Source: Eledone cirrhosa (taxonomy: Eukaryota). Taken from it: DNA of 64,000 bases. Made by a program: the position numbers and the translations under genes. Below, piece by piece: positions 1 through 12,464 of the stretch. The notes under the pieces are model-generated. The model saw only the letters and a list, made by a program, of their open reading frames with translations, had not been told where the DNA came from and did not search any database. Within the stretch, counting starts at the first letter, position 1; every line of letters begins with the position of its first letter. The stretch spans positions 266,290,001 through 266,354,000 of the forward strand of contig OZ024740.1 in assembly GCA_964016885.1 (NCBI GenBank), written 5' to 3'.

Positions 1-287
1 TAAGAAAAGAAAAGGGAAAATAATGTAATGGGCGAAAGAAAAGCAAAAAGAAGTGATATATAGCATTGAATGGCGGAGAAAAACGATAGAGCGACATATG
101 GCGTGAGAAGAATATGTAGCGAAGAAGGAATAGTTGTGGGAAGATGGAGTAGAAAAAGAATGTGTAAAAATGAGTAAGAGACTGGGAGGAAATAAGGTGA
201 AGAGGAGAGTTGGGTGTAGAATACTTAAAAGATTTGGAGAGGAAATAAAAGGAAAGGAAGGGAAAGGTGTAGGTTAAAGAGAAATAG

Positions 288-316
288 GTAGATAGATATA
301 AGACAGACGGACAGAC

Positions 317-400
<84 letters not shown>
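288..400. repeat. (GATA)n/(GACA)n microsatellite, no LINE inserted
   Basis: Direct reading of tandem gata units with a few gaca units. Confidence 0.95.
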
Positions 401-929
401 CGTTGATTCAGATGATCAGTGAGTTTCCTCGTGTTTAACAATTATACATAGTACTGACTCATTAAGTGCTTATACACACAAACCAAGCTGTTTCTGCCCA
501 GAGACTGAAATCGTTAATGAAAACAAGTTCTAATGAATCAACCAGAAGAAAACTCCAACAACTGAAAGCCGCGGGTGTTCGTCCTCTACTGACCTTTGTA
601 GTAAGAGAAAATTTTTGGTCAAGATATTGCTATTAGCAAATGGCAACATTCCATAACCAGCGGTTCTTCGATAAATGTTTGGTTCGCTAAGTTAAGATGT
701 AGAGAGGGGTAGGTAAGAACGGCAAGATAGGCATGGGGTGATGGAAAACAGTTTTCAAATCAAGCAAGGGTAATGCTGGTAAATTATTCTTTTCTTAAGA
801 AAGCATCAGAAGAAAATTCAACACTCAATCACATCATATCCAGTCTTCAGTCTTCAAAGCAGCAAAGTTGTTTTGTTGGCTGAGTGCCCAGTCAAAGGTT
901 AACAAGTCTTACTCTCCTCACAAGAACAG

Positions 930-930
<1 letters not shown>

Positions 931-1011
<81 letters not shown>

Positions 1012-1041
1012 TCTCTCTCTCTCTCTCACTCACACACACAC
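931..1041. repeat. (CT)n microsatellite followed by short (CA)n
   Basis: Direct reading. Confidence 0.95.
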
Positions 1042-1158
1042 TTTCTATCTCTATATCTCTCTTTCTCTGTCTTTCTATATCTTTTTTCTATCTCTTATAT
1101 TTTTCCTATTTCCGTTTCGATAGCTATCTATTTTATCGGTCTTTATACATACACATAT

Positions 1159-1578
<420 letters not shown>

Positions 1579-2465
1579 TATATATATATATATATATATA
1601 TGCGTGTGTGTGTTTGTGTGTGTGTGTTCATGTGTGTGTATGTGTGTGTGTGTGTGTGCGTGAGTGTGCAGGTGTGTGCGTGTATATATATATATATATA
1701 TATATATATGAGTGCGTACGTGTGTATACATATATATATAATATATATATATGCGTGTGTGTGTATCCGTGAGAATGAGTACTCAATACCGAAGTAGAGT
1801 TTAAATATTCTTTATTGTGACTAAGGGATAAGTTTCACCTGTGTTCTCACTGGAACATCAGACAAGACAGTCTTGTTTAGTTTTGTCTGATTATCACTTA
1901 GCCTAAATAAAATAAATATGTGTGTGTATATATGCATGAGTGTGTGTTTGTGTGTGTGTGTATATTTGCATGAGTGTGTGTTTGTGTGTGAGTGTACACA
2001 TTTATCAAATTTGAAAATACAATCACTACAATACAGATAACTACAAAAATAATTGATAACTATAGATAATAGTTGCATAAACCAGCTAACGGAGACGGAA
2101 GAAAGTTAACTGTGACGCCTGTGAGAACTAGCACCATGCATCTCTCGTATGCCGGCCGAGTACATTATTCAACTGTTAACTATACAATTATAGTTATAGT
2201 TATCTACATTGTGGCAAAAAAATGTTAATTTGGATCGTTCGCTTGAAATTTTGTAATTTTCCCCAAATATACCCGTTTTATTTTCCTTCGAAAGATTCTT
2301 TTGTTTTGTATAATTTAAGTTTCCTTCTAGCAATCTTTTGTTTGTTTTCAATAAATTCGGCTTTTTACTTTGCTTTTCATGACACGTGTATCGTTCTACT
2401 TGGTCAAAAAACACTTATATTTTCTATATTTCTTTCTCGTGTTGTCTCTTCGTTAGTAAGCAGAG

Positions 2466-2976
2466 CAGCGTTTCTCAACCGGTGCTCCCCAACACCCTAG
2501 CGTTCCGGAAGAGGTCACTAAGGGTGCAACGAGATTCTGATAAATAAGCATTTTGGGGGTGATTTTATTTAATTTTATATTCGTAATTTTACTATACACA
2601 TACGGCATATTGTTGGGAAACCCTTAGATGTTATAATAATGATTTCAACCTCCTATATTATTTAAAATTAGGTCCTTACCCGTAATAATTGTTTCTACTT
2701 TTGGCACAAGGCCAGCAAATACCCAGTGTATTACTGGTACTTTATTTTATCGACCCCGTAAGGATGAAAGGCAAAGATAACCTTGGCGGGATTTGAACTC
2801 AGAATGGCAAGGGCCGTAACTCTATGCGTCAAAGCATGGCCTCCGACCCTCTACCGATACTGCCAATCCACGTAATAATGGTATATATATATATATTTTT
2901 TTTTAATGCTGAGGTTCCCTGGGGCGTGGAGATAATTTTAAAGGTTTCACATAGGTAAAAAGTTTGAGAAACGATG
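2466..2976. mobile_element. Non-autonomous hAT/Charlie-like DNA transposon (MITE) with a nested SINE
   Basis: Imperfect TIRs CAGCGTTTCTCAA (2466) and TTGAGAAACGATG (ends 2976). Degenerate 8-bp flanks AAGCAGAG/TGGTAGAG resemble the Charlie NTCTAGAN target. Confidence 0.55.
2690..2870 (-). mobile_element. tRNA-derived SINE with Deu/Nin-domain-like core
   Basis: Minus strand has A box TGGCAGTATCGG, B box GAGTTCAAATCCC and core GCCTTTCATCCTTACGGGGTCGATAAAATAAAGTACCAG. 9-bp TSD CGTAATAAT at 2681-2689 and 2871-2879. Confidence 0.85.
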
Positions 2977-3559
2977 TGGTAGAGGTTTATAAGCTACTGA
3001 TTGAGTTATAGGCCATGTACCATTATAAGCATCGAAACCGAGTTGTTACGTAAACTATAACGGGGTGGCTGAGGAGGCGAGTATTGTTTTCCTTGTTGTC
3101 TCCGTATGTCTGTGTCACGTGTTTTTGTTCTCCTTGTGTTGATTTTGATATGTGTGTCTGTGTGGGTATAAATGTGTGTGTGTGAATGTGTGGGTGGGTC
3201 TGTGTGGGTGTGAATGTATGGGTGTGTGTGTGTGTGGTTAAGTGGGGGGGGATGTGGGGGTGTGAATGTATGGGTGTGTGTGTGTGGTTAAGTGGGGGGG
3301 GGCTGTGGTGGTGTAAATGTGTGGGTGTCAATGTGTGTGGGTGTCAATATGTGGGTGTCAATGTGTGGGTGTGGGTGCGTACTGGTCAAAACAGGAATAG
3401 GGAAGGCTGGAGAGACGATATATATATATGTATGTGTGTGAGGTGAGTGCGCATGTTTCCGTGTGTATGTATAAGTGTGTGCGTGTGTGCGTGTGTGCGT
3501 GTGTAAGTACATGGGTGCACTTGTGTGTATGTGGGTGCACAGGCATGAGATTATGGGGG

Positions 3560-3599
<40 letters not shown>

Positions 3600-3862
3600 T
3601 GGGTATGTATGTGTGTACGTATGAAGATATTTGCCAATGATTTGGTTACCTATCTGCCGCTAGGCCATAAAGATGAAGTCATGATGAGATGGTGGTGGCG
3701 GCGGTTGACAGGGGGTGGTGACAGTAGTGGTGACGGTGGTGAGGGACGATGATGGTGACGGCGGCGGTGACGGTGGTGGTGGTGGCGATGGCGACGACGT
3801 TGACAGTGAATGTGGTTTTGACGGCGGGTATGTTGGTTTCAGGGAATGATGACAATTATGCT

Positions 3863-3873
<11 letters not shown>

Positions 3874-3938
<65 letters not shown>

Positions 3939-3988
3939 GTGATGGTGATGATGATAATGGTCGTGATGATGATGACGACGACGACGAC

Positions 3989-4031
<43 letters not shown>

Positions 4032-4081
4032 GTGATGGTGATGATGATAATGGTCGTGATGATGATGACGACGACGACGAC

Positions 4082-4118
<37 letters not shown>

Positions 4119-4177
4119 ATGATGGTGATGGTGGTGGTGATTGTGATAATGATGATGACTGATGATGATGATGATGC

Positions 4178-4214
<37 letters not shown>
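3874..4214. repeat. (GAT)n compound microsatellite with a ~93-bp higher-order duplication
   Basis: The unit ggtgatggtgatgatgataatggtcgtgat...gacgacgac occurs at ~3938 and ~4031. Confidence 0.9.
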
Positions 4215-4215
<1 letters not shown>

Positions 4216-4332
4216 TGTCTGCCATTTCCGCGTATCAAACTATTTGTTACAAGCATTGTTTATTACTAATGCTGCTGGCAACGGCCATATTGCTAATGGG
4301 CAATTTGTCCTTAAAATATTGATATTTGTCTA

Positions 4333-4350
4333 AGTAGTAGTAGTAGTAGC

Positions 4351-4406
<56 letters not shown>

Positions 4407-4419
4407 CAGCAGCAGCAGC
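4333..4419. repeat. (TAG)n(CAG)n microsatellite
   Basis: Direct reading. Confidence 0.9.
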
Positions 4420-4567
4420 AACTCAGCAGAAGTAGTAAGTTGGCAGAGACAACTAAGTGTATGTATGTACGTATTTTGTGAGTGCGGTGTGTCTGCATGT
4501 GAGTGTGTGTGAGCATATGTGTGTGAGTGGGTGTATATATTTATATATATACACTCACTCACCCACA

Positions 4568-4606
<39 letters not shown>

Positions 4607-4623
4607 GTGTAAGTGTGTATATA

Positions 4624-4705
<82 letters not shown>

Positions 4706-4733
4706 ATGCGTGCATGTTTGTATACATATATAT

Positions 4734-4857
4734 ATATTTATTAAAATAACAGATTAAAGTTTAAGCAAATAATCGGTGCTTTCACCCCAGAAGATCCCGT
4801 TAAGGGTGAAAGCAGCGATTCTTTGCTTAAACTTTAATCTGTTATTTTAATAAATAT
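4734..4857. repeat. ~54-bp-arm palindrome containing a degenerate hammerhead core (PLE terminus relic)
   Basis: Arms 4734-4787 and 4804-4857 are reverse-complementary. CAGAAGA-TCCC-GTTAA-GGGT-GAAA overlaps the centre. Confidence 0.7.
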
Positions 4858-5069
4858 TTGATCTACGGTTCTTATATATTTGATATATATTTATCCTTTT
4901 CGTGCTCTCTTTGGATTTTAGTCTTCAAATTTATTATTATTACTATATATATATTTATATATATGTATACATATACATACATACACACACATACACACAC
5001 GCACACACACGCACATACACATACACACACACGCACGCACACATATATATAGAGAGAGAGAGGGAGGGA

Positions 5070-5292
5070 TTAACAAAGATAATGCAACGAACGAAACCAA
5101 GGCAAAACGGAAAACAATTTTTTGAAGGGGAAGCCTTAAAAAAATATTTTTTGAAAATAATAATACAAACGAAAGACAGAACTACGGAGTCTTCAGCCGT
5201 TAAGATGAACTTTGTTTCGACACCTACCAACAGTACTGCTGGTTCAGCTAGGGTCACAGCGCCTGACACAAGCCAAAGCGCTGTCCATATAC

Positions 5293-5325
<33 letters not shown>

Positions 5326-8313
5326 GCTGTCTCTGAGACAAATATAAAGAATGCAGTTTTGTCCTGCAGAAGAGCCATCAAAATGGGCACTTTGAATGTG
5401 AGGACTATTCGAACGCTGGAGAAGAGAGAGGAGTTGGGACATCTGTTCGAGGGGAGTGGTATACAGATACTTGCGATCCAAGAACACAGGATTCTACACG
5501 ATGAGCCCGTGAGGAGTGTGATGATCGGGAGGAAGAGCCAGCTCGTCACTACATCGGCAGTGAAGAACACAACAAATGCTGCAGTAGGAGGAGTGGGTTT
5601 TGTGTTCAGTGCAAAAACCAATCTGTTGGTGAGGGAAATAATGCCTATCTCCCCGCGAGTGTTGAGGGTGACCTTCAATGGAAACCCAAGACTGACAGTC
5701 ATCTCAGCCTATAGTCCAACCGAGGGGGACAGTGATGTGAATGCCGAGGAGTTCCATGAGGAGGTGTGTAGAGCTGTCAACACCACTCAGGCACACAATA
5801 TCCTGCTTGTTTTTGGGGACTTCAATGCACATCTGAGTAAGGAGGGCAGTGAAGATCCTTGCTGGTACTTCCATAACAACACTAACCGAAATGGAAGACT
5901 ACTGAGAGACACCCTGCTGGAGGCGAACTTGATGGCGACCAACCTAAGGTTTAGGAAGAATCTGGGGAAGATGTGGACCTACATCTCAGATATGCACCTG
6001 TCCAAGTCCCAGATTGATTTCATTCTGGTGAGGAAAAAGTGGCGGAATAGTGTTCTGAACACGGAACCATACAGCTATTTCAGTACACTGGGTAGTGACC
6101 ACCGGCTTGTTATGAGTGAGGTCCGGGTGAGCTTAAGAAAGAGCAAGGCTCAGCCCCGGGGAACAATCTATGACTGGGGAGATTTCAAGGAAGATGATAA
6201 GCTACAGGAGAGGTTCACAGTGGAAGTGAGAAACAGGTTTAGTGCTCTGTGTGGAGAGTCAGAGGAGAGAGAGATTGGATGGACTGAGGAGAGTGTGACG
6301 AGGAGGTACGGGCACTTCACCAATGCAGTGGCGAAAGCAAGTGAAACCCTGGTGCCGAGGAAAAAGAACAAAGGGAAGCACGTCAGCTCTGCAAACACAA
6401 AAGTGTGTGCAGCTAGAGAACACCTGAAAGCTGCCAGGGACCAATTCTATGCTGATCCTACGGAGGAGAGGATGGAGACTGTGGAGGTGATGAGGGAAGA
6501 GCTCTGTACCGCTTACACTGAGGTCAGAGAGGAGGCACTGATAGAGAAGATCAGAAGTGTGGAGAGAGCGGTTGACAGGTCTGGATGTAAGGAGAGCTGG
6601 ATGATCATCAACGAAATCACAGGGAGGAAGAGAAGGTGTTCGAGTCAGATCCAGGGAACGGGGCCCGAGGATAGGAAGAGGAAATGGCTAGACCATTTTA
6701 GGACCCTACTAGGAGAGCCATCCTCCACAGCCCAGAGCACTGGGGAGATCAGGCGGCTGTTTGAATAACTGGATATTGAGACAGATCCCTTCACCAGAGA
6801 GGAGCTTCAGAGAGTCAAGAAGAAGATCAAGGAGGGCAAAGTTCATGGAGAAGATGGAGTGGCATCAGAGGTGATGAAGAGGTGTGATTTTGATGATATC
6901 ATCCAGGGGTCCTGTAACCAGGCACTGGAGAAAGGAGTTGCCCCGAATCAGTGGAGGATCAGTAACATCGTCCCAGTGCCAAAGAAGGGAGATCTCTCTA
7001 ACGCCAACAACTACCGGGGGATCTCACTGACGTCACTTGTGGCAAAGACCCTCAACAGGATGATTCTTAATAGGATCCAGCCTGAGATGGAGAAGAAGCT
7101 CAGGGACAACCAGAACGGCTTCAGAGAGGGTAGATCAACCACCAGTCACATCCTGATGCTGAGGAGGATATTAGAGGGAGCTAGAGCAAAGTGCCTTACT
7201 ACGGTCATGGTTTTCATTGACTTTAGGAAGGCCTTTGATTCTGTGGACCGTTACTGCCTGATGAAGATCGTACAGGCTTATGGAATCCCCAAGAGGATAG
7301 TGGACCTGATATCACTGCTCAACACCAACACCAAAGCCCAAGTCATTACACCTGATGGGATGACAGAGTTCTTTGAGATAGTGGCTGGAGTGCTCCAGGG
7401 AGATACATTGGCTCCCTACCTTTTTATCATCGTAGTGGACTATTGTATGCGCCTTGCACTGGAGAAACACCAGGACTCTGGCTTTACTGTGGCACCGGCT
7501 CAGAGCAGGAGAGTTGGGGCGAAAAATGTATCGGATGCTGACTTTGCCGACGACATAGTTTTGGTGGCAAATACAGTGAAGGAGGCAGAGGATTTGATGC
7601 GGGAGGTTGAGACTGTGTCGATGAGTGTGGGGCTGAGAATGAATGAGACTAAAACAAAATATCTGGTAGAGAATGTTGAGAAGCCAGAGGGGATCACTAA
7701 TGTAGGCGGGAAGCCGCTGGAATTGGTTGAGGACTTCCTGTATTTGGGAGCAAAGATTGGGAATACGGAAGATGATGTGGTTGAGAGGAAGAGCAAGGCC
7801 TGGGCGGCGTGTCACAGCTTGAGATCGGTGTGGAAGTGGGACCTTCGTAGAGAGCTGAAAATCCGCCTCTTCATTGCTGTAGTGGAGTCTGTGCTGCTGT
7901 ATGGGTCTGAGACTTGGACACTGACCAAGAGACTCACTCAGATGGTGGATGGGTGCTACACGAGAATGCTGAGGATGGCTCTGAACATTAATCAGTATAC
8001 ACTGAGGATGAAAAACTCAGAGCTGTAGGGAGCATCCCAAAAGTCAGCTCAAAAGTGACACAGAGGAGACTGAGGTTGGCTGGACATGCTCACCGACATC
8101 CAGAGTTGACATTGCACTCAGTGCTCCTTAGGGAGCCCCTAGATGGACACACTAGAAGAGGAAGACCAAGGTTAACATATGTTGATGCCCTAAGGACAGA
8201 CACTGGTCTGTTGGAGATGCAGGATATGGCAGCGATAATGAGGGACAGAGACCGCTGGAGAGAACTCGTCCATGGATCTCGGGAATTTTACCCGCCTTAG
8301 ATAGATAGATAGA
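5070..8313 (+). mobile_element. Near full-length RTE LINE with (TAGA)n 3' tail
   Basis: Single long APE-RT ORF whose stop codon runs into tagatagatagatag; 5' boundary approximate. Confidence 0.8.
5205..8300 (+). pseudogene. RTE-clade LINE ORF (APE endonuclease + reverse transcriptase), disrupted
   Basis: APE motifs GTLNVRT, IQEHR, YSPT, GDFNA, IDFIL, SDH; RT motifs NYRGISL, QNGFREGRST, FIDFRKAFDSV, GVLQGDTLAP, FADD; RTE C-terminus RRLRLAGH...RGRPR...DRDRWR. Lesions: (TA)n insertion 5286-5331, in-frame TAA at 6766, frameshift near 8028. Confidence 0.92.
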
Positions 8314-8424
8314 TATATATATATATATATATATGCGTGTTTGTGTGTGTGTGTGTGTGCGTCCCGGGTTCACACGGGGGTAAGTAAGGTGCTTAATACA
8401 TACATTAGTAGAGTGCAAACATCG

Positions 8425-8555
8425 TGTTTAATATATAGATGGATTCTACAGGAGTAGAACTGTTTCATTCAAAAGAAATCATAAGGAAAGCTTTCCTGAT
8501 GATTTCATTTGAATGAAACAGTTCTAGTCCTGTAGGAGCCTTTTTATATTAAACA
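8425..8555. repeat. Palindrome with hammerhead-like core; same family at 51933-52113
   Basis: Centre AGGAAAG|CTTTCCT; CTGATGA...GAAAC at 8496-8519. The shared segment ttctacaggaNtagaactgtttcattc also occurs at ~51975. Confidence 0.7.
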
Positions 8556-8699
8556 TTACGCACACACACATGCACACACACATACACACACACTTCCTTT
8601 GTTATATATATATATATACACATATACTCTGCTTTTGTGTTGACCGAATTTGAAGGAGGTTATCCTTTTGAAATAAACATACATACGACGCTCATCTCT

Positions 8700-9041
8700 A
8701 TGTTGATATATGATATAAATAATGGGATTGGTGAGTTAATATCTGTATACAACAACTACAACGGTACGCGATGGGGCCCACCCACAGCCCCGACGGACAG
8801 AATGGAGAAGGCGTTTCCCGGAGGACAGCAAAGGAAACGCGCTGGAAAAGCCACTCCAACTCGCGGGCCTCACACCTGCGGCTGGCCAGCTCAGCGCTTA
8901 TGGTGGTGAGTAAGAAGGTAGCTCTGGGGCCGAGGACACCAGAAGTCTCCACTGCCAGGAGTACGACCGCACACATGTCGGAGAGCGACCGGTATTTGAG
9001 TAGTTTGGCCCCCTCAGCCCGACGTGCAGCAGAACCTGGGT
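8700..9041 (-). mobile_element. 3' fragment of a CRE-clade non-LTR retrotransposon (restriction-like endonuclease C-terminus)
   Basis: Minus strand reads PGSAARRAEGAKLLKYRSL...LAVETSGVLG...LFQRVSFAVLR, then GNAFSIL after a frameshift. This matches the CRE RLE pattern E..K..KY, AVET.G..G, QR.S.A..RGNA. Confidence 0.75.
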
Positions 9042-9157
9042 ATATATTGATATATTGAAGGTAGATACGGAAAGTATAAGAGTGTTGTCATATAGAGAGT
9101 GAAGAGAGACAGAGAGTAAAGCAGTTAAATTATAGAGAGGGTGAAAGAGGGAGAGAA

Positions 9158-9190
<33 letters not shown>

Positions 9191-9401
9191 GACGACGCTC
9201 AGCTTTAGAATATTTGAGAGTGAAGAGCGACAGAGAGAGTAAAGCAGTTAAATTATAGCGAGGGGGAATGATCTATTATAGAGAGAGGGAAGAGTGACGG
9301 AGAGAGTAAAGCTAAGAAACTATAGGGAGGTGTGTAGGGTACATACATACATAATACACACGACGCTCAGCTTTATAATATTATAGGTAGATATATATAT
9401 A

Positions 9402-9492
<91 letters not shown>

Positions 9493-9495
<3 letters not shown>

Positions 9496-9694
9496 TGGTT
9501 ACACAACAGTTCACCATACCGAGAAGAGAACAATTGTTTCACCTTAGCGGATCCTCACCTCGTAATGGACATGGTTATACGGAATAGGAAGGACCCTTTC
9601 CTATTCCGTATAACCATGTCCATTACGAGCTGAGGATCCGCTAAGGTGAAACAATTGTTCTCGGTATGGTGAACTAACTGTTGTGTAACCACTT
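9493..9694. repeat. ~100-bp-arm palindrome (inverted PLE pLTR pieces) next to (AT)n
   Basis: Arms are reverse-complementary around a short loop at ~9591-9596. Confidence 0.85.
9624..9666 (+). ncRNA. Minimal type-I hammerhead ribozyme motif
   Basis: Stem I CGAG/CTCG; core CTGAGGA; short stem II CC/GG; GAAA; palindromic stem III AACAATTGTT; GUU triplet. The mirror copy has a C3-to-G core change. Confidence 0.7.
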
Positions 9695-9758
9695 CTACCT
9701 ATCTCGTCCCATGGACTGAGTGCTCTACCACTACGGATATTACCTTCCAGTGTTCTAC

Positions 9759-9834
<76 letters not shown>

Positions 9835-9913
9835 TATATTATATTTTGAGAATAAACTCTCAGTGGTTTACAATAATTAAGCTCCAGGAAAAGGGGCATT
9901 TCCGAGCAGTTAA

Positions 9914-10159
9914 ATACATTAAAATATATGATAAACATGAAACGTGTTTGCATTGTAACAATTCGTCTACGGAACAGGTTTGGATTTTGAAATTTAAATC
10001 TGTCCAGGAATCATGGCCGTTGCCAATATAAGCTTGTCTTTATTGACTTATATCGAGACAGACAAATTGTATTCACTTTAATTAGTTTATTTCATTAATA
10101 GCTAACTTTGTCTGTTACAATGCAAACACGTTTCGTGTTTATCATATATTTTAATGTAA
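9914..10159. repeat. Inverted repeat with ~46-bp arms, lying between (AT)n tracts
   Basis: tacattaaaatatatgataaacatgaaacgtgtttgcattgtaaca at ~9914-9960 and its reverse complement at ~10114-10159. Confidence 0.7.
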
Positions 10160-10161
10160 TA

Positions 10162-10278
<117 letters not shown>

Positions 10279-11339
10279 TGCTTCATCTTTGTATATGATA
10301 GCCATCACAACATCACTTCAATGATCCATGCAAATCTACAAATACCCATATGAATAGACGGGACTTTGCTATCCAGCAACAAAAATCAAGACAAAAGCCC
10401 CACCGTCCACCACTGATAACACATCAACGCACCACCCACCACATATGACTGGTGTACCCTGACTACTCACGCTTATACTACAACTCCCGAGGTATTTCAG
10501 TGCCGTCAGTTCGCTAATGAAATACCTCGGTAGCTGCAACAATAGGTCTAATATTTGTATGGTATCAAGAATTTAGTGACCTGGTCTGCACCGGCTGGAG
10601 AGATAAAATGACTGATGAGAAGATTGCAAAGGAGACAACTGTACATCGTGGATTATAGTGACAAACGCTTGTACAACACCTGTGCCACTCTCTAAGTCTC
10701 GGTGATTATTATCTGATGACTAAGCTAAGCAAGATGGCCAGTCATCATGTAAACAGCAGGTTTCACTTTAGAATTTCTCTCTCTTAGAAAAATGTCATAA
10801 CAACAGATCAGGATTCTTCACTCACACTGAACTTACTACATGCTCTGTGACCAGCCAGGGAGATTTCTAAGAGTTCTCCCACAGTTGAGTTGTAATAATT
10901 ATGACTAAGCAGTCCCGTCTACCCCTTTAAAATCAGTGTGACCCGTTTCTTAGACAGATTACAACACAAGACAAGTTCTGTCCACCCGGAACAATTGGTT
11001 TTAAGGCGCCGTTAATTCACCTTTACCTCTTCTCCATATCAAAAATTGCATTTCAGTTGTCAGAAGCTATATATGATGCAAGCTGTGTGAAGCATTTTAG
11101 TAGATAGTATATTCTCAGACATTCTCCTATCTGGTCAATGATAGCTTTACTACATACATACATACATAATAACTGCATATACACAGGCAACTCAAAACAT
11201 CCACATCCACACATACAATAACATCCATATCTACACATGCATGCAGGCATGCATACATAATCTCTTAGTTGATGTATAAATTCCAATGAGAGAGTCTTGT
11301 GTCTATATTAGAAACCGACTCTCTCTCTATTAGTAAAAA

Positions 11340-11990
11340 TTTGTGAGCACGTTTTCAATCCGTGGTCCCAAACAACAATATCAGGTCGGTTGTGCTTTAC
11401 TTTGGTGGCAGTTTTTATTTTCAGGTTCCTTAGTGCCTTCCAGATGGTTCTAGCTACTACATCGTGTCTCATGGGGAGGTGGTAACGATATTCTTTCACA
11501 GTTTGCAATAATGTGGCTAACATCTTCGATCTTTGTTTTACATAGCCTACATTGTCGACTGATGGCCCTCATCTTTTGTGTAGTAAATATTTGGTAGGAT
11601 TTCTTGTTCCTGTATTGCATAGAGATATCCTTCAAGGTGGTATGTTATAAACTTGTCGGAATTCCATGCCAGGCTTTTTGAATGATTTATCCCCTCTATG
11701 GCCTGTACTTTTCTGTACCCATGTACAACTTTCTCTGTGAATTGGTCCATTTTTTTAATCTTGTTCGAGCATTGAATAGGATCTTCCAGGAGAAAGATTT
11801 ATGTCAGGCCTTATTCCATGTTTCTCCTCCATATCAGTGGTTAGCATAATGATATTATTTCCTTCATGCTCATAAACCTGGTCAAGATGGTTGCTGACCT
11901 TTTTCTTCTGTTGAAGAAATTGCTTCAGTGTTACTATCAAAGTATGACTGAACTTAGATTTGTTGACAAAGAGCACAGCTCCCTTATTCA
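11340..11990 (-). pseudogene. Degenerate R4/Dong-like RLE non-LTR retrotransposon fragment
   Basis: Across frames: EGYLYAIQEQEI, CRLCKTKIEDVSHIIANC, YHLPMRHDVVA, HNRPDIVVWD (CCHC zinc knuckle plus PD-(D/E)xK nuclease start). Confidence 0.7.
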
Positions 11991-12464
11991 TAGACTACAA
12001 ATGACCACGATATCTGGCACCTTCAAAATTTGCAAAACGTTCTTGCGATTCAAGGGATGACAATTTATTTTCTTTTACAACCTTGCCACCAGGAAGGTGG
12101 CCGGTCAAAATATACTCATAATTAAGAGAAAGAGAAACATACCAGAGCCATAGAGAACCTAAAGTTAAATACAGAGAAGGAAGACTCAACTTTCACTGAT
12201 AAAATAGAATATGAGGATTGTAAAATGGGTAACATCTACAAGCCAATCTATCAATAACCTGACTGTTTCACCAATATCTGACGAGGGTTGCTCCAGATAC
12301 TTAGGGATAGATGAAAATATATCCTTTGATGGTATTTGTAACAAGGAATGAGTAACCAAGGAATATAACTCCCGAATAAGGGAAATGTAGTCTTCTGAAC
12401 ACTCTGTGCACAATACATCAGTGGGCTATAACGTGTTTGATGTGCCTGTCTTGACTCCTGCATT

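Noticed and set aside
3938-4120. 93-bp higher-order duplication within (GAT)n as a functional repeat or acidic-protein exon
   Set aside because: Explained by slippage/unequal exchange or assembly; no splice or coding context
5050-5205. HDV-like ribozyme at the RTE 5' end, as known for some RTEs
   Set aside because: The region is A-rich and I could not build the nested double pseudoknot
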